Assembly: GCA_049517415.1 (NCBI GenBank)
Contig: JBEKSC010000004.1
Location: forward strand, 32,001-96,000
DNA length: 64,000 bases
Source of the DNA: Candidatus Bathyarchaeia archaeon
GTDB lineage: Archaea; Thermoproteota; Bathyarchaeia; 40CM-2-53-6
Reading direction: 5' to 3'
In this document: positions 19,299 to 28,975 of the stretch, piece by piece
How positions within the stretch are numbered: the stretch's first letter is position 1
Layout: every line of letters begins with the position of its first letter
Translations under genes and position numbers: made by a program
Notes under the pieces: model-generated
Seen by the model: only the letters and a program-made list of their open reading frames with translations
What the model was told of the DNA's origin: nothing
Database searches by the model: none

Positions 19299-21851
19299 AT
19301 GCAAGGAGTTAGGCTAGCTGTCGCAACAGTTGTAGTTGTTATGATTCTTGCTTCTTCGGTGTCGGCTCAAACAACCCAGACCGGCGTGTTGGGTGCTTGG
19401 AGGGACATAAATCCCACAGCATATCTCACCCCGCCCGCCAACCCGCCTTTGGACTCGGTCTATATGTTAAACGCCACTAGCGGGTGGGCTGTAGGCGAGT
19501 ATGCACCCACGACCGATCCTACTGGTGGCGATCAAGCTTCACCGGTCATTCTGCATTACGATGGTACCACGTGGAACCTTGTTCCTGCACCTAAGAACCC
19601 AACGGAAGCTCCCGCCATACCTGGCGGCTACTCGTTAACTTCCGTGAGTTTCGGTCCACCTGGCAACCCGATTAGTGCAAACGATGGTTGGGCTGTTGGT
19701 TTCGGGTTTCAAGGAGTCGCGGGATCATGTGGAACGGCATTATCCTGTGGCGTCGCGCTTCATTGGAACGGTATAAGTTGGGAGGTACAACTCTCCGGCC
19801 TTACGGGACCCAGCGCAGGCAGCCTATCATCTGTCTTCATGGTTAGCCCGACGGACGTTTGGAGTGTTGGGTCGGATGCTGTTGGTTCGAATGGTGTGTT
19901 TTGGCATTGGACCGGTGTCCCGGGATTAGGTGGAGGTTGGACCCTTCAGGGGACGGCTCCTGGGGCTCCGCTCCTTTCCGTTTTCATGGTTGGCTCAACC
20001 GAGGGTTGGGCTGTCGGGGCAGGGGGCGTAATCTATCATTACTTCGGAGGAGCTTGGACGGCATTTTCGAGTCCGGTCACCGTACTCCTTCGTTCATTAT
20101 TCATGATTAGCCCGACGGAAGGCTGGGCCGTTGGAAACGCTGGTACAATTATACATTATACTAGCGGTACTTGGAACGGGCCTGTTAGCCCAGGCACCAC
20201 TACAATGGATCTTCTCTCCGTTCTGATGGTGTCTTCCACCGAAGGGTGGGCTCTCGGAAAAGGCAGTACGATAGTGCACTACTCAGGCGGATCTTGGAAA
20301 ACTCTTCCAATCAACCGGGTTCCAACGTTACCTGCAACCGGCTTCGACTTCAAGTCAGCCTCTTTCAACACAGCCAGCGATGGCTGGGGCGTTGGAACCG
20401 CGGGCGTAGTCTTGCACTTCGATGGGTCGAACTGGGGAACCGTAACCAGTCCTACGCAGACACCTCTCTCCTCAATATCCTTCGGCCCACCTTCGAAACC
20501 CATCGATCCAGATGACGGGTGGGCGGTTGGTCTAGCGACGTCTAGTCTTCCGGTCCCACCGGCGATAACGGAACCGACGATAATTCATTGGAATGGGTTC
20601 ATGTGGACGAAAGGCATCGCGAGTGGAACGCTGAACGATCTCTATTCAGTTTTCATGGTTTCATCGGGAGACGTTTGGACGGTGGGCGGAGGTGCCACTG
20701 CAACAGCGAGCTGCGCGGTAACTCCATGTCCCGAGATCCTGCATTTCACAGGGGGCACTTGGAACACGCTAACTCCTCCGCCCGGCTCGTACGTTCTGTT
20801 TTCGATTTTCATGGTGAGCTCGACTGAGGGGTGGGCCGTTGGTTGTAGTGGCGCCGGCGCGGGGTGCCTTTCCACCCCTGCGGCAGGTACGGGAATAATC
20901 CTCCATTATACATATTCGGCCGGTGTCGCATCATGGAGTATCTTTCCCAGCGCGGGCACAACGCCGCTTCCCCCTCTTACCTCGGTGTACATGTTGAGCC
21001 CGAACGAGGGTTGGGCTGTGGGTAATAGTGGTACGGTGCTTCACTACACGGTTACGGGTGGAGTTGGAAGCTGGAACGTGGTAGCCGTAGGCGGGTTGGA
21101 CCCAACGGCGAATCTGAACTCAATATTCATGTTAACCCCTACAAGTGGCTGGGCCGTCGGAGGATTCCCTGGTCCGCTCCCTGCGCCCACTGGGCCCTTG
21201 ATAATTTACTGGGACGGAACAGTCTGGAGCCGCGTCGCAACACCCACAATTCCGGGCGTCCAGCTCGTTACTCCGCCGATCTTAAACTCGATTTACTGCA
21301 CTGGGGCTCAAGATTGCTGGTCAGTTGGGGCTGAACAAACTGCGGAGCAACTATTGGCGACGATCTTTCATTGGGATGGTGTCGCGTGGACGCACATTAC
21401 CCTAGCGCCCGCGCTTATCGGCCTCTCATTTCCGACCGTCCTCGCAGCACCCCCAGTCCTCAATTCAGTATTCATGTTATCGCCGACTGAGGGCTGGATC
21501 GTGGGGTCACCGTTTCCTTCTTTCGGGATCAACAACCCACTCTCAACAATTCTCCGCTTTACTTCATTCGGGGCGACATCGGGGGCTACAACGCCCGCAA
21601 TATCAACCACAACGCAGACCGTGGTTTCGACTGTGACAGCACAAGCATCCGTTCAGACATCAGTTTACACACTGCTCACCAGTGCAGCCACAGGGGTTCC
21701 GCCTTTATCCAATCCTAGCGTAGCGCTAGTTTCACTCATTGTGATAGTCGTCGTTGTGCTCGTACTCGGCCTAGTATTGGTGCTGACCCTACTAACTCGG
21801 CGACCAAGACCACGCGTCCGGACACTTTACCCAGTTACTAGAAGGCCATAA
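19299..21851 (+). CDS. Paralogous membrane-anchored beta-propeller repeat protein
   Basis: Co-linear with 11249..13852 (WRDI.P.AYL.PP, HWTGVPGLGGGW, EPTI.HWNGF.W, TM + LYP..RRP tail). Confidence 0.85.
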   Translation: MQGVRLAVATVVVVMILASSVSAQTTQTGVLGAWRDINPTAYLTPPANPPLDSVYMLNATSGWAVGEYAPTTDPTGGDQASPVILHYDGTTWNLVPAPKNPTEAPAIPGGYSLTSVSFGPPGNPISANDGWAVGFGFQGVAGSCGTALSCGVALHWNGISWEVQLSGLTGPSAGSLSSVFMVSPTDVWSVGSDAVGSNGVFWHWTGVPGLGGGWTLQGTAPGAPLLSVFMVGSTEGWAVGAGGVIYHYFGGAWTAFSSPVTVLLRSLFMISPTEGWAVGNAGTIIHYTSGTWNGPVSPGTTTMDLLSVLMVSSTEGWALGKGSTIVHYSGGSWKTLPINRVPTLPATGFDFKSASFNTASDGWGVGTAGVVLHFDGSNWGTVTSPTQTPLSSISFGPPSKPIDPDDGWAVGLATSSLPVPPAITEPTIIHWNGFMWTKGIASGTLNDLYSVFMVSSGDVWTVGGGATATASCAVTPCPEILHFTGGTWNTLTPPPGSYVLFSIFMVSSTEGWAVGCSGAGAGCLSTPAAGTGIILHYTYSAGVASWSIFPSAGTTPLPPLTSVYMLSPNEGWAVGNSGTVLHYTVTGGVGSWNVVAVGGLDPTANLNSIFMLTPTSGWAVGGFPGPLPAPTGPLIIYWDGTVWSRVATPTIPGVQLVTPPILNSIYCTGAQDCWSVGAEQTAEQLLATIFHWDGVAWTHITLAPALIGLSFPTVLAAPPVLNSVFMLSPTEGWIVGSPFPSFGINNPLSTILRFTSFGATSGATTPAISTTTQTVVSTVTAQASVQTSVYTLLTSAATGVPPLSNPSVALVSLIVIVVVVLVLGLVLVLTLLTRRPRPRVRTLYPVTRRP

Positions 21852-21939
21852 GAATCGGGGCACGTAGTCGAAGCATTGAAGATTATGCTATTATCGCTGA
21901 AGCTCTTATTCTTCAGGCGTATCAAAATAGCTTCGAGTC

Positions 21940-22641
21940 GTGCGGAAGTTGAAAAGAGCACTATACGCTTTAGCCGCATTGTTGATTCTATCTTCGCTTA
22001 TCGCGTCGGCCGGGGCTCAGAGTTTTCCGATTAGTCTGAATTTTGGTATTGCGCTTCCTGTGCCGATTGGTCAAACACGCATAGTTACTGTCACCGTGAA
22101 GAATGTTGTCAGCTCGACGGTGCAACTTGTTTTCGTTGGGCTTCGGTTCGAGTGGAGTTTGCCGAATACTTTCTTCATTGGGAACAATAGCCAGAAGGGT
22201 GCGATTTTAGCTGCAGCACAGCAAATCGTATACAACATACCCGTCACGGTTCTAGGTAACGTCACGCCTGGAACGCACCGACTGAGCGCGTACGTTACGT
22301 ACCGTGTGAATAACAAAGGGAAATGGACTGGGACACTCGGAGGGTGGTGGGTCGCAGACCTTCAAATGGCCTACGCACCAATCACGCAAGCCTCAGCCTC
22401 AACCCCACCCTCGACGCCAAGCGCGGCGCCGCCGTCGTCATTTAGCGTTGAAACCGTAGGCGCGCTCGCCGCAGTGGTCGTGATAGGACTATTTCTGGAA
22501 CGTGGCCGAATCAACCGATTTGTGAACAAATACGGAAAAACCAAGACGCCTACGGCCACGCCCGAGAGTGAGAAGCCTAAAGATGAGAAACAGGAGCAGG
22601 TAGAAAAGGAGCCGGACGCAGACCGCTGGACGCAGCCATAG
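21940..22641 (+). CDS. Secreted single-TM Ig-like protein (copy 1 of 3; altered C-terminus)
   Basis: GLRFEW, PGTHRLSAYVTYRV, IGLFLERG shared with the 27630 and 40210 ORFs. Confidence 0.8.
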   Translation: MRKLKRALYALAALLILSSLIASAGAQSFPISLNFGIALPVPIGQTRIVTVTVKNVVSSTVQLVFVGLRFEWSLPNTFFIGNNSQKGAILAAAQQIVYNIPVTVLGNVTPGTHRLSAYVTYRVNNKGKWTGTLGGWWVADLQMAYAPITQASASTPPSTPSAAPPSSFSVETVGALAAVVVIGLFLERGRINRFVNKYGKTKTPTATPESEKPKDEKQEQVEKEPDADRWTQP

Positions 22642-22721
22642 CGAGCGGCGACAGTAACCAGATGAACACGCTTCAAACGACCCTGAATTACTGGGCCCTC
22701 TCACCGCCGGTTGAATAAGAA

Positions 22722-24860
22722 ATGAATTTCGCAGAGGGGGAGAGGCGAAAATCGAATCAGATTAGAGCTTGCAACATAGCTCTCGTGCTAGTGCTAGTTT
22801 TAGCATCATTGCCCGCCAACATCTCTCCTATCCAACGTGTCTACGCAGTTTCATGCGACTCATTGCCCGTTAAGATTTATTCCAGTGGCGTTTGGCAATG
22901 GTGGATAAATGACACCACCACCTGCGCCCAGTACTTGGCTAATCAGGCTGCCGTTGACCTGTTTTTCCCGTTCCCAGACCTAGTCGTCGGTTGGTTTCAT
23001 GACCACCTCGGAGGCACAAATCTGCTTGCATCACCAATGATACTCAATCTAATTCCAGCTGGAAGAGGTGCATACTCGTCCGGTGGTAATACAATCGGCA
23101 TTTCGATAGATTCCTTCTATGATTCTTATCTTGGAATCGAAGCGTTCTGGGCGTATAGTTTCATTCTGCAAGAATTTACGAATACTTACATTGGGAAAAC
23201 TGTCAGTGGGGGTTTTCCGAGCGATTGGTGGGCCGATGACCGTAGTCCCTTTCCACTCGTTACCGGAGTAGAAGTAAATACTGCCCTGAATTGGAATAAC
23301 AGTACCGCGGCAGGCACTGCGCAGTATGCCGCGCACTCAGTAGACCCGCAAGTCGTTATGTTCAAACAGCTCTACGACACGTACGGTGCTGGAATGTTTG
23401 ATTCAGCTTTCAACGCAATACGTTCCGATGGCATCAGGTGGGGAAACATTGCAAGTAACCCCTCGGCCTTATTGACGAACTACGTCGCAGCCTACCTCAT
23501 GATTGGAGCAAACGCAAACTTGACCTCGGTCCTGAACGGAATTGTGCCAGGGTTTGATAACACAAACGCTCAGAACATCGAACAAGCCCGAACAAACCTT
23601 CAAAATGTGTCGCGAAGCAGTCCACTGTGGGCCCATTATCTTGAGGGAGATTATGGACCTGCTTTTCATGGGTACCTCTACTTCGGAAACAACATGGTAG
23701 GAGCCCCTGCCGCGGAGTATCAAAGCTACAACCAAAGTAACATTGATTTCAACTATCCACGCTACTTCAATAATGAAACGGCTAATTGCTTCACAAATGG
23801 ACCGAATGCCTTCAGCCTATATCAGGCCACCTTCGATTTGCATCAAAACGGGTATCCGCGCGGCTCAATGTACGCTGTCCTGTACAACGCTTCAGGGACC
23901 ACTAGATCCGGGGCTGTACCGGGAACTGCACTGGCCGTGAGTCAATCAAGAAACGCCACCAACGTTGTTCAAACAACGTTGCTGACTTTCACTTTTCCCG
24001 AGCCATATTCGATCGTGACAGCTAACGGTGGCTATTGCATCAGTGTGAGGTACACGCATGGTGATGCGAATGATTGGGTTTCAACCCTTGGCAGTAGCCA
24101 GGCCCCGCTGAAAGGTGACTTAGCACAGTTGCCTGTTGGTGCCGGATCTTGGAGGGCAAATAACAGCTACAGCATGTACTTCGCGTTAGCTGGAATACAG
24201 ACCAACACTCTGACTGGACACGCTGAAGCCTCACTTTTCAAGCTCTTAGATTCAGCGAACGTGACGAGCGTCGGCTTCTACGCGCATGGTTCCGGAAGTT
24301 TTCGGTTAGCCATATACAACAACTCAAACGGGACACCTCAATCCCTCCTCTGGCAATCTCCTAACACGAGTACGGCTGCGTCCCCCGGCCTGCAACGTGT
24401 GGTGATTTCGGCAGGAACTCCCAGTTCTCTGTCCCTGAACCCAGGAGATGAATGGCTTGTGTGGCAGTGGAATTCTAGTAACGTTGGGCCATCGTACGTC
24501 GTCGGCTCTTTGGCCACGGGCGCTTACCTTACACAGGCTTATGGCGCCTTTCCGTCGACTTGGTCAGGAAACAATGAAACCGTAGCAAATTGGGCAGAGT
24601 ACGTAAACTACACCATACCGGAATCCCCACTCAACTTGAAGATTGTCGCTGGGAATGCAAGTACACCTCTCACCGGTAGCACCGTGGCAATGAAGAATGG
24701 CACAACCGAGAACCGACCCGTCACCTGGGGCAGTGTTTGGGTTAATTTCACCGGTATATCTACCGCAAGCGTCACACTAACGGTTACGTGGGAAGAAACA
24801 GTCGTTTATGGACCTTCAACTCAGAGGCATGCTTCGTGGAAGTTTGGGGCGCCGGGCTAG
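22722..24860 (+). CDS. Large secreted multidomain protein, possibly C-terminally truncated
   Basis: Signal peptide; helical N-domain with QEFTN; beta-rich C-domains; ends abruptly next to the TA patch. Confidence 0.7.
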   Translation: MNFAEGERRKSNQIRACNIALVLVLVLASLPANISPIQRVYAVSCDSLPVKIYSSGVWQWWINDTTTCAQYLANQAAVDLFFPFPDLVVGWFHDHLGGTNLLASPMILNLIPAGRGAYSSGGNTIGISIDSFYDSYLGIEAFWAYSFILQEFTNTYIGKTVSGGFPSDWWADDRSPFPLVTGVEVNTALNWNNSTAAGTAQYAAHSVDPQVVMFKQLYDTYGAGMFDSAFNAIRSDGIRWGNIASNPSALLTNYVAAYLMIGANANLTSVLNGIVPGFDNTNAQNIEQARTNLQNVSRSSPLWAHYLEGDYGPAFHGYLYFGNNMVGAPAAEYQSYNQSNIDFNYPRYFNNETANCFTNGPNAFSLYQATFDLHQNGYPRGSMYAVLYNASGTTRSGAVPGTALAVSQSRNATNVVQTTLLTFTFPEPYSIVTANGGYCISVRYTHGDANDWVSTLGSSQAPLKGDLAQLPVGAGSWRANNSYSMYFALAGIQTNTLTGHAEASLFKLLDSANVTSVGFYAHGSGSFRLAIYNNSNGTPQSLLWQSPNTSTAASPGLQRVVISAGTPSSLSLNPGDEWLVWQWNSSNVGPSYVVGSLATGAYLTQAYGAFPSTWSGNNETVANWAEYVNYTIPESPLNLKIVAGNASTPLTGSTVAMKNGTTENRPVTWGSVWVNFTGISTASVTLTVTWEETVVYGPSTQRHASWKFGAPG

Positions 24861-24896
24861 GGGCCACTAATTGTTGCAGCATTGAAAGTCGAGGTC

Positions 24897-25052
24897 TCAA
24901 TGTTTCAATTCGTGGTGTTGCCCGATGGGTTTACGCAACAAATCGTCAGGCTCGACTCTGTTGATATCTAGTTCGAGAAGTCTCTCGCACTCGTCAGCCC
25001 GTTTTTGGTCTAGCAGAAGCTCTAGGAAGATGTTTGTGTCTAGAAGATTCAA
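24897..25052 (-). pseudogene. VapC/PIN toxin remnant with large internal deletion (51 aa)
   Basis: My translation MNLLDTNIFLELLLDQKRADECERLLE-LDINRVEPDDLL: PIN N-terminus joined to a C-terminal-like segment; start overlaps the antitoxin stop. Confidence 0.7.
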
Positions 25053-25282
25053 TCAACGCGCGACCAAATCTTGTGTTGTAGTTGAACCGAGCTTGTTCCT
25101 ACATTCTTTAGCGCTCCTCTGACCAAATGCCAGTCAGCCCTTCCAGGGGTAGAGAATCGCTTCATTGTCGCCTCAAGCGCAGCCTTCATCGCGCCCTTAT
25201 TGTAACCGTATAGTTCCATTGCTTTCTTTCTGAATTTCTTTGCCAAAGCCTCGTCTACTTCCACTTTGATGATTTCGGGCAT
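25049..25282 (-). CDS. Putative antitoxin (RHH-like, 77 aa)
   Basis: ATG at 25282: MPEIIKVEVDEALAKKFRKKAM..YGYNKGA..SSVQLQHKIW; coupled to the PIN remnant. Confidence 0.7.
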   Translation of the reverse strand: MPEIIKVEVDEALAKKFRKKAMELYGYNKGAMKAALEATMKRFSTPGRADWHLVRGALKNVGTSSVQLQHKIWSRVD

Positions 25283-25495
25283 AAGGCCGATAGGTACATT
25301 TGGACCATATAATCCTGGCCAAGAAATAGGGAGCAGAGGATGTAACGCGGGACCGCAGGAACTCACTGCGGCTACGCGGTGAGTATGCATTAGGGTTGCG
25401 CTAAATATGAAGCGCGAATGTGGCCGGTCGAGGTTGTAAGAAGGCTTATTGTTTGCTATACGTTGTATATACGCGCCAGGGGAGGGGTATGGCAA

Positions 25496-25783
25496 TTGGC
25501 TTTGGTCACGGTTAGGGTACCTGAAGGTCTGAAGAAGCAGATGCGTAAGCTCAGGTCGGTTAACTGGTCCGAGCTATTGCGTCAGGCCATCGAGGACAGG
25601 ATTGAGCTGGAGCAACGAAACCTCGTGAAGGATTGGGGTCGCGTTAGGGAAGGTAGCAGAAAAGCTGATGCAATTCGGCATGAGCTGGAGAGAAAATACG
25701 GGCACGTTGATTTCAACAGCGCGGAGACAATCAAGTATTGGAGAGAAAACAGGTTCAGCGCTTCATCACCGACGCCTCAGTAG
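25496..25783 (+). CDS. VapB-type RHH antitoxin
   Basis: In-frame TTG at 25496; VTVRVPEGLKKQM...VNWSELLRQAIE; upstream of a PIN gene. Confidence 0.8.
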   Translation: MALVTVRVPEGLKKQMRKLRSVNWSELLRQAIEDRIELEQRNLVKDWGRVREGSRKADAIRHELERKYGHVDFNSAETIKYWRENRFSASSPTPQ

Positions 25784-26187
25784 CGGTAAAGTGGTTTGTT
25801 GACGAGCAAGAGACACAAATCGCTCTGAAACTGAAGCAACTATTCGAAGATGGCGAAGTGGACCTCGAAGCCCCATCCCTGCTAGGCTACGAGGTTGCTT
25901 CTGCACTGCGATTCCACCCCAAGGTCAGCCTAACTCTGAAGCAATTTCGTGGGGTAAGGGAATCACTCGACGAAATGCAAATTTCGCGCGAGCCAAACGA
26001 ACGTGAGTGGAATATGGCTTTTCGGCTCTCCCTAGAGAACACGGTGTCGCTCTACGATGCCGTTTACGTTGCCTTCGCCCTATCGGGCCGATCCAAACTG
26101 GTCACCGCCGACGCCAGCCTTCTCAGCAAACTGAAATTCCCCGACGCCAAACAGAATGTTGTGACGCTCGCAAATCTAGACCTTTAA
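25738..26187 (+). CDS. vapC: VapC PIN-domain toxin
   Basis: DASVAVKW, E, SLYDAVY, LVTAD. Confidence 0.88.
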   Translation: MERKQVQRFITDASVAVKWFVDEQETQIALKLKQLFEDGEVDLEAPSLLGYEVASALRFHPKVSLTLKQFRGVRESLDEMQISREPNEREWNMAFRLSLENTVSLYDAVYVAFALSGRSKLVTADASLLSKLKFPDAKQNVVTLANLDL

Positions 26188-26312
26188 GCTGTGCCAGATT
26201 TCCCTAGGCCTCGCGGCCCACAGCTCATTGTTAGATAGCAACAACAGCTTTCCTTCCCTGGTCGCGGTCCGGGTTCGGTCTTAATCTCTGGTTTGGCTCT
26301 GTCGCGCAGAGA

Positions 26313-26369
26313 TCAGAAGAGCGTCAGAAATTCTTCGACCGTTAATCCTGCAACTGTGATTATGGCTCT
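26313..26369 (-). pseudogene. C-terminal remnant of HicA toxin
   Basis: RAIITVAGLTVEEFLTLF* matches typical HicA C-termini; directly abuts hicB. Confidence 0.65.
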
Positions 26370-26554
26370 TCAATAGGCGGGGGAATGGGTTCATCGTGTT
26401 TCTTCAAGCTTCTGAGATAACCCTGAATTGCATCCTTGATATTAGTCAGCGCCTCTTCTCTGTTCTTTCCCTCAGAAATACATCCGGGCAGACTATCACA
26501 TTGCACAACGAACATACTGTCCTCATCTACCTCAAGAGATACCCTGAACTTCAT
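26360..26554 (-). CDS. hicB: HicB-family antitoxin
   Basis: DEDSMFVVQCDSLPGCISEGKNREEALTNIKDAI. Confidence 0.88.
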   Translation of the reverse strand: MKFRVSLEVDEDSMFVVQCDSLPGCISEGKNREEALTNIKDAIQGYLRSLKKHDEPIPPPIEEP

Positions 26555-26897
26555 GCGAACTCCACTTCGGGTTGAACCGCGTTCTCTTTGGAACTGGCGG
26601 CCCTTATACTTTTACACGGTAGATAATCGGCCAACCAACGAAACACATTAAGCCATGGTTCTGACGGTATGAAAATTCTCATGTTGTCAGCCACTGTCCT
26701 AGGATGTGTTGGCTTAGGCCTGAAACGTGACTACCCCGCGTGAGGCTCTGACTAGAGGCATAGACGAAGGGCGAAATATGGACTGTCGATGTGGTCATAT
26801 CTGTCTAATCTTGTTGCAGAGTAGCGTGCGAGACTGCAGGTCCACAAGGATTTTATTATAATACATTATAATATAATCGCATACCTAGGCGGTCCGA

Positions 26898-27113
26898 TTG
26901 GTGATCGAGGCAAAGGTTAGGAAGATTGGAACAGGACTTGGGATCCTGATTCCAAAGAAGACGCTCGAAGCGGTGGGCGCGAGAGAGGGGACCGTTGTCA
27001 TAGTCAAGAGAATAGAACGGCCCGTGAAGGAAATCCGGGGAATACTGAAGGGGTCTCGCTTTAGGTTCGAGAGACAGGCAGAAGATAGAGATCTGAATGA
27101 CCGTCAGCAATAG
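26898..27113 (+). CDS. AbrB/MazE-type antitoxin
   Basis: KVRKIGTGLGILIPK; overlaps the downstream PIN gene. Confidence 0.82.
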   Translation: MVIEAKVRKIGTGLGILIPKKTLEAVGAREGTVVIVKRIERPVKEIRGILKGSRFRFERQAEDRDLNDRQQ

Positions 27114-27507
27114 TGTGGTAATCTTCGACACCTATGCGTGGGTTGAGTACGCGCTCGATGGTCCTAAAGCCGAAAGAGTGGCACAGTTACTTGAGAGTGC
27201 TGCGGAGGCAATTACGCCCGCATCTGTCTTGGCCGAACTGAAAGAGTCGATGCTTAGGCAAGGCATTCGTGCCCCCGTCATGAACCACATACTGACCTAC
27301 ATCAAGAGCCGAACAACAGTAGCGGGAATCGACTCGACCGTCGCAGAACTCGCCGGAGAGATAAACTTCACCCAAAAAGGAACCATCAAAAACTGGGGCA
27401 TGCTCGATTCTTTCGTCTACGCTGCAGCCAAACTGCGCCGCGGAACAGTGCTAACGGGTGATCCTCATTTCAAACAACTAGAGGATGTGATCTACATCGG
27501 CGCATGA
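27097..27507 (+). CDS. vapC: VapC PIN-domain toxin
   Basis: FDTYAWVEY, LAEL, WGMLDS, LTGDPHF. Confidence 0.88.
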   Translation: MTVSNSVVIFDTYAWVEYALDGPKAERVAQLLESAAEAITPASVLAELKESMLRQGIRAPVMNHILTYIKSRTTVAGIDSTVAELAGEINFTQKGTIKNWGMLDSFVYAAAKLRRGTVLTGDPHFKQLEDVIYIGA

Positions 27508-27629
27508 AGAAGGCGCTAAAGAAGAGGCTCTGTGAAATCAGAAGCTGGATTAAATGTGACCCAGCGCAGAAGCGAATCCGAAGAGACTCACTATCACTTG
27601 AATGATCCCTCTCCTGAGCGCTTCTTCGC

Positions 27630-28373
27630 ATGCGACCTAATCACATGGGTGCAAGAAGTTTTATTTCACTGGAAGACCATGCGAACTTGGTTGCTAGAAC
27701 TTTGCGTAGGACACTATACGCCATAGCCGCGTTGTTGATTGTTTCGTTACTTGTTGGCTCCGTGGGGGCTCAGGGGTTCCCGATTAGTCTGGGTTTTGGT
27801 ACCGGACTTCCAATGCCAATCGGCCAAACAGACATAGTCACAGTCACGGTGACCAATATAGTGAATAGCACAATTCAATTGACTTTTCTGGGGCTTCGGT
27901 TCGAGTGGGATTTAGCGAACAACTTCTTCATTGGGAACAACAGCGAGAAAGGTGCGGTATTAGCTGCAACGGAGCAAATCATATACTCCATACCCGTCAC
28001 GGTTCCTGGCAACGTCACACTTGGAACGCACCGGCTGAGCGCGTACGTTACGTACCGTGTGAATAACAAAGGAAAATGGACAGGCGTACTCGCAGGCTGG
28101 TGGGTCACGGACCTCCAAATGGCCTACGCACCAACCACGCAAGCCCCAACCTCAACGCCGAGCGCGGCGCCGCCGTCGTCATTCAGCCTTGAAACCGTAG
28201 GCGCGCTCGCCGCGGTAGTCGCGATAGGACTATTTCTGGAACGTGGCCACATCAGCCGATTCGTGAGCAAATACCGAAAAACCAAAACACCTTCGGCCGG
28301 GCCTGAAAGTGAGAAGCCTAAAGATGAGAAACAGGAGCAGGTAGAAAAGAAGGAGGCCGAAGAAGACCTCTAA
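27630..28373 (+). CDS. Secreted single-TM Ig-like protein (copy 2 of 3)
   Basis: Paralog of the 21940 and 40210 ORFs; true start probably later. Confidence 0.8.
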   Translation: MRPNHMGARSFISLEDHANLVARTLRRTLYAIAALLIVSLLVGSVGAQGFPISLGFGTGLPMPIGQTDIVTVTVTNIVNSTIQLTFLGLRFEWDLANNFFIGNNSEKGAVLAATEQIIYSIPVTVPGNVTLGTHRLSAYVTYRVNNKGKWTGVLAGWWVTDLQMAYAPTTQAPTSTPSAAPPSSFSLETVGALAAVVAIGLFLERGHISRFVSKYRKTKTPSAGPESEKPKDEKQEQVEKKEAEEDL

Positions 28374-28399
28374 ACGCCCCGACCATCTTCCTAGAAGTC

Positions 28400-28966
28400 T
28401 TGGATGGCTTCTCAACGATGAAAGGAATGAGAGAAGCCCGAACAATTCCGTTATCCGCGTTGCTCCTGATCATTTTTCTAATTCTCGTCATGCAACCGGT
28501 GAGTGCGCAAACGCCATTCAATGTCGATTTTTCGTTTCAGTCCAGCTGGCTCGTCTCCGGTGCGCCCAACTCGGCCGTTATCCATTTCCAGAACATTGCG
28601 CTTGTACCGATCCTACTGGTGTCAGTTGGAATCAATTTCCCATGGATGCAGACCGACTCCTACATTATACCGAACGCCTCTCAAGCGGACCTGGCCGTCA
28701 ACCAGACGTTAGTGTACACTATCCCATTCGAAGTGCCGGCAAACGTGTCCACAGGAGAATACTACATGAATACTCTGGTGAGCTTCCAAACCAATCAATC
28801 GGTAGGGGTTGAATGGGTCGCATACGTCCGATATATCGCAGTGGTAGGCCAAGTGACGCCGTTCTGGGTGGGCTACGATTTGTCTGACGGGCGCCTGTAT
28901 TCGGCTATGGCGGTTATCATTTTGGTTGGATGGTTTTTGCCGAGAAAGTTGCGGTCTAAGGCGTGA
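28400..28966 (+). CDS. Secreted single-TM protein, paralog of 40909..41487
   Basis: SVGI.FPWM, TG.Y.MNTL, DGR.YSA, GW.LP. Confidence 0.8.
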   Translation: MDGFSTMKGMREARTIPLSALLLIIFLILVMQPVSAQTPFNVDFSFQSSWLVSGAPNSAVIHFQNIALVPILLVSVGINFPWMQTDSYIIPNASQADLAVNQTLVYTIPFEVPANVSTGEYYMNTLVSFQTNQSVGVEWVAYVRYIAVVGQVTPFWVGYDLSDGRLYSAMAVIILVGWFLPRKLRSKA

Positions 28967-28975
28967 GGGCTGAGG

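Noticed and set aside
26650..26850. Hammerhead ribozyme or ncRNA in the TA intergenic region
   Set aside because: CUGANGA core not matched
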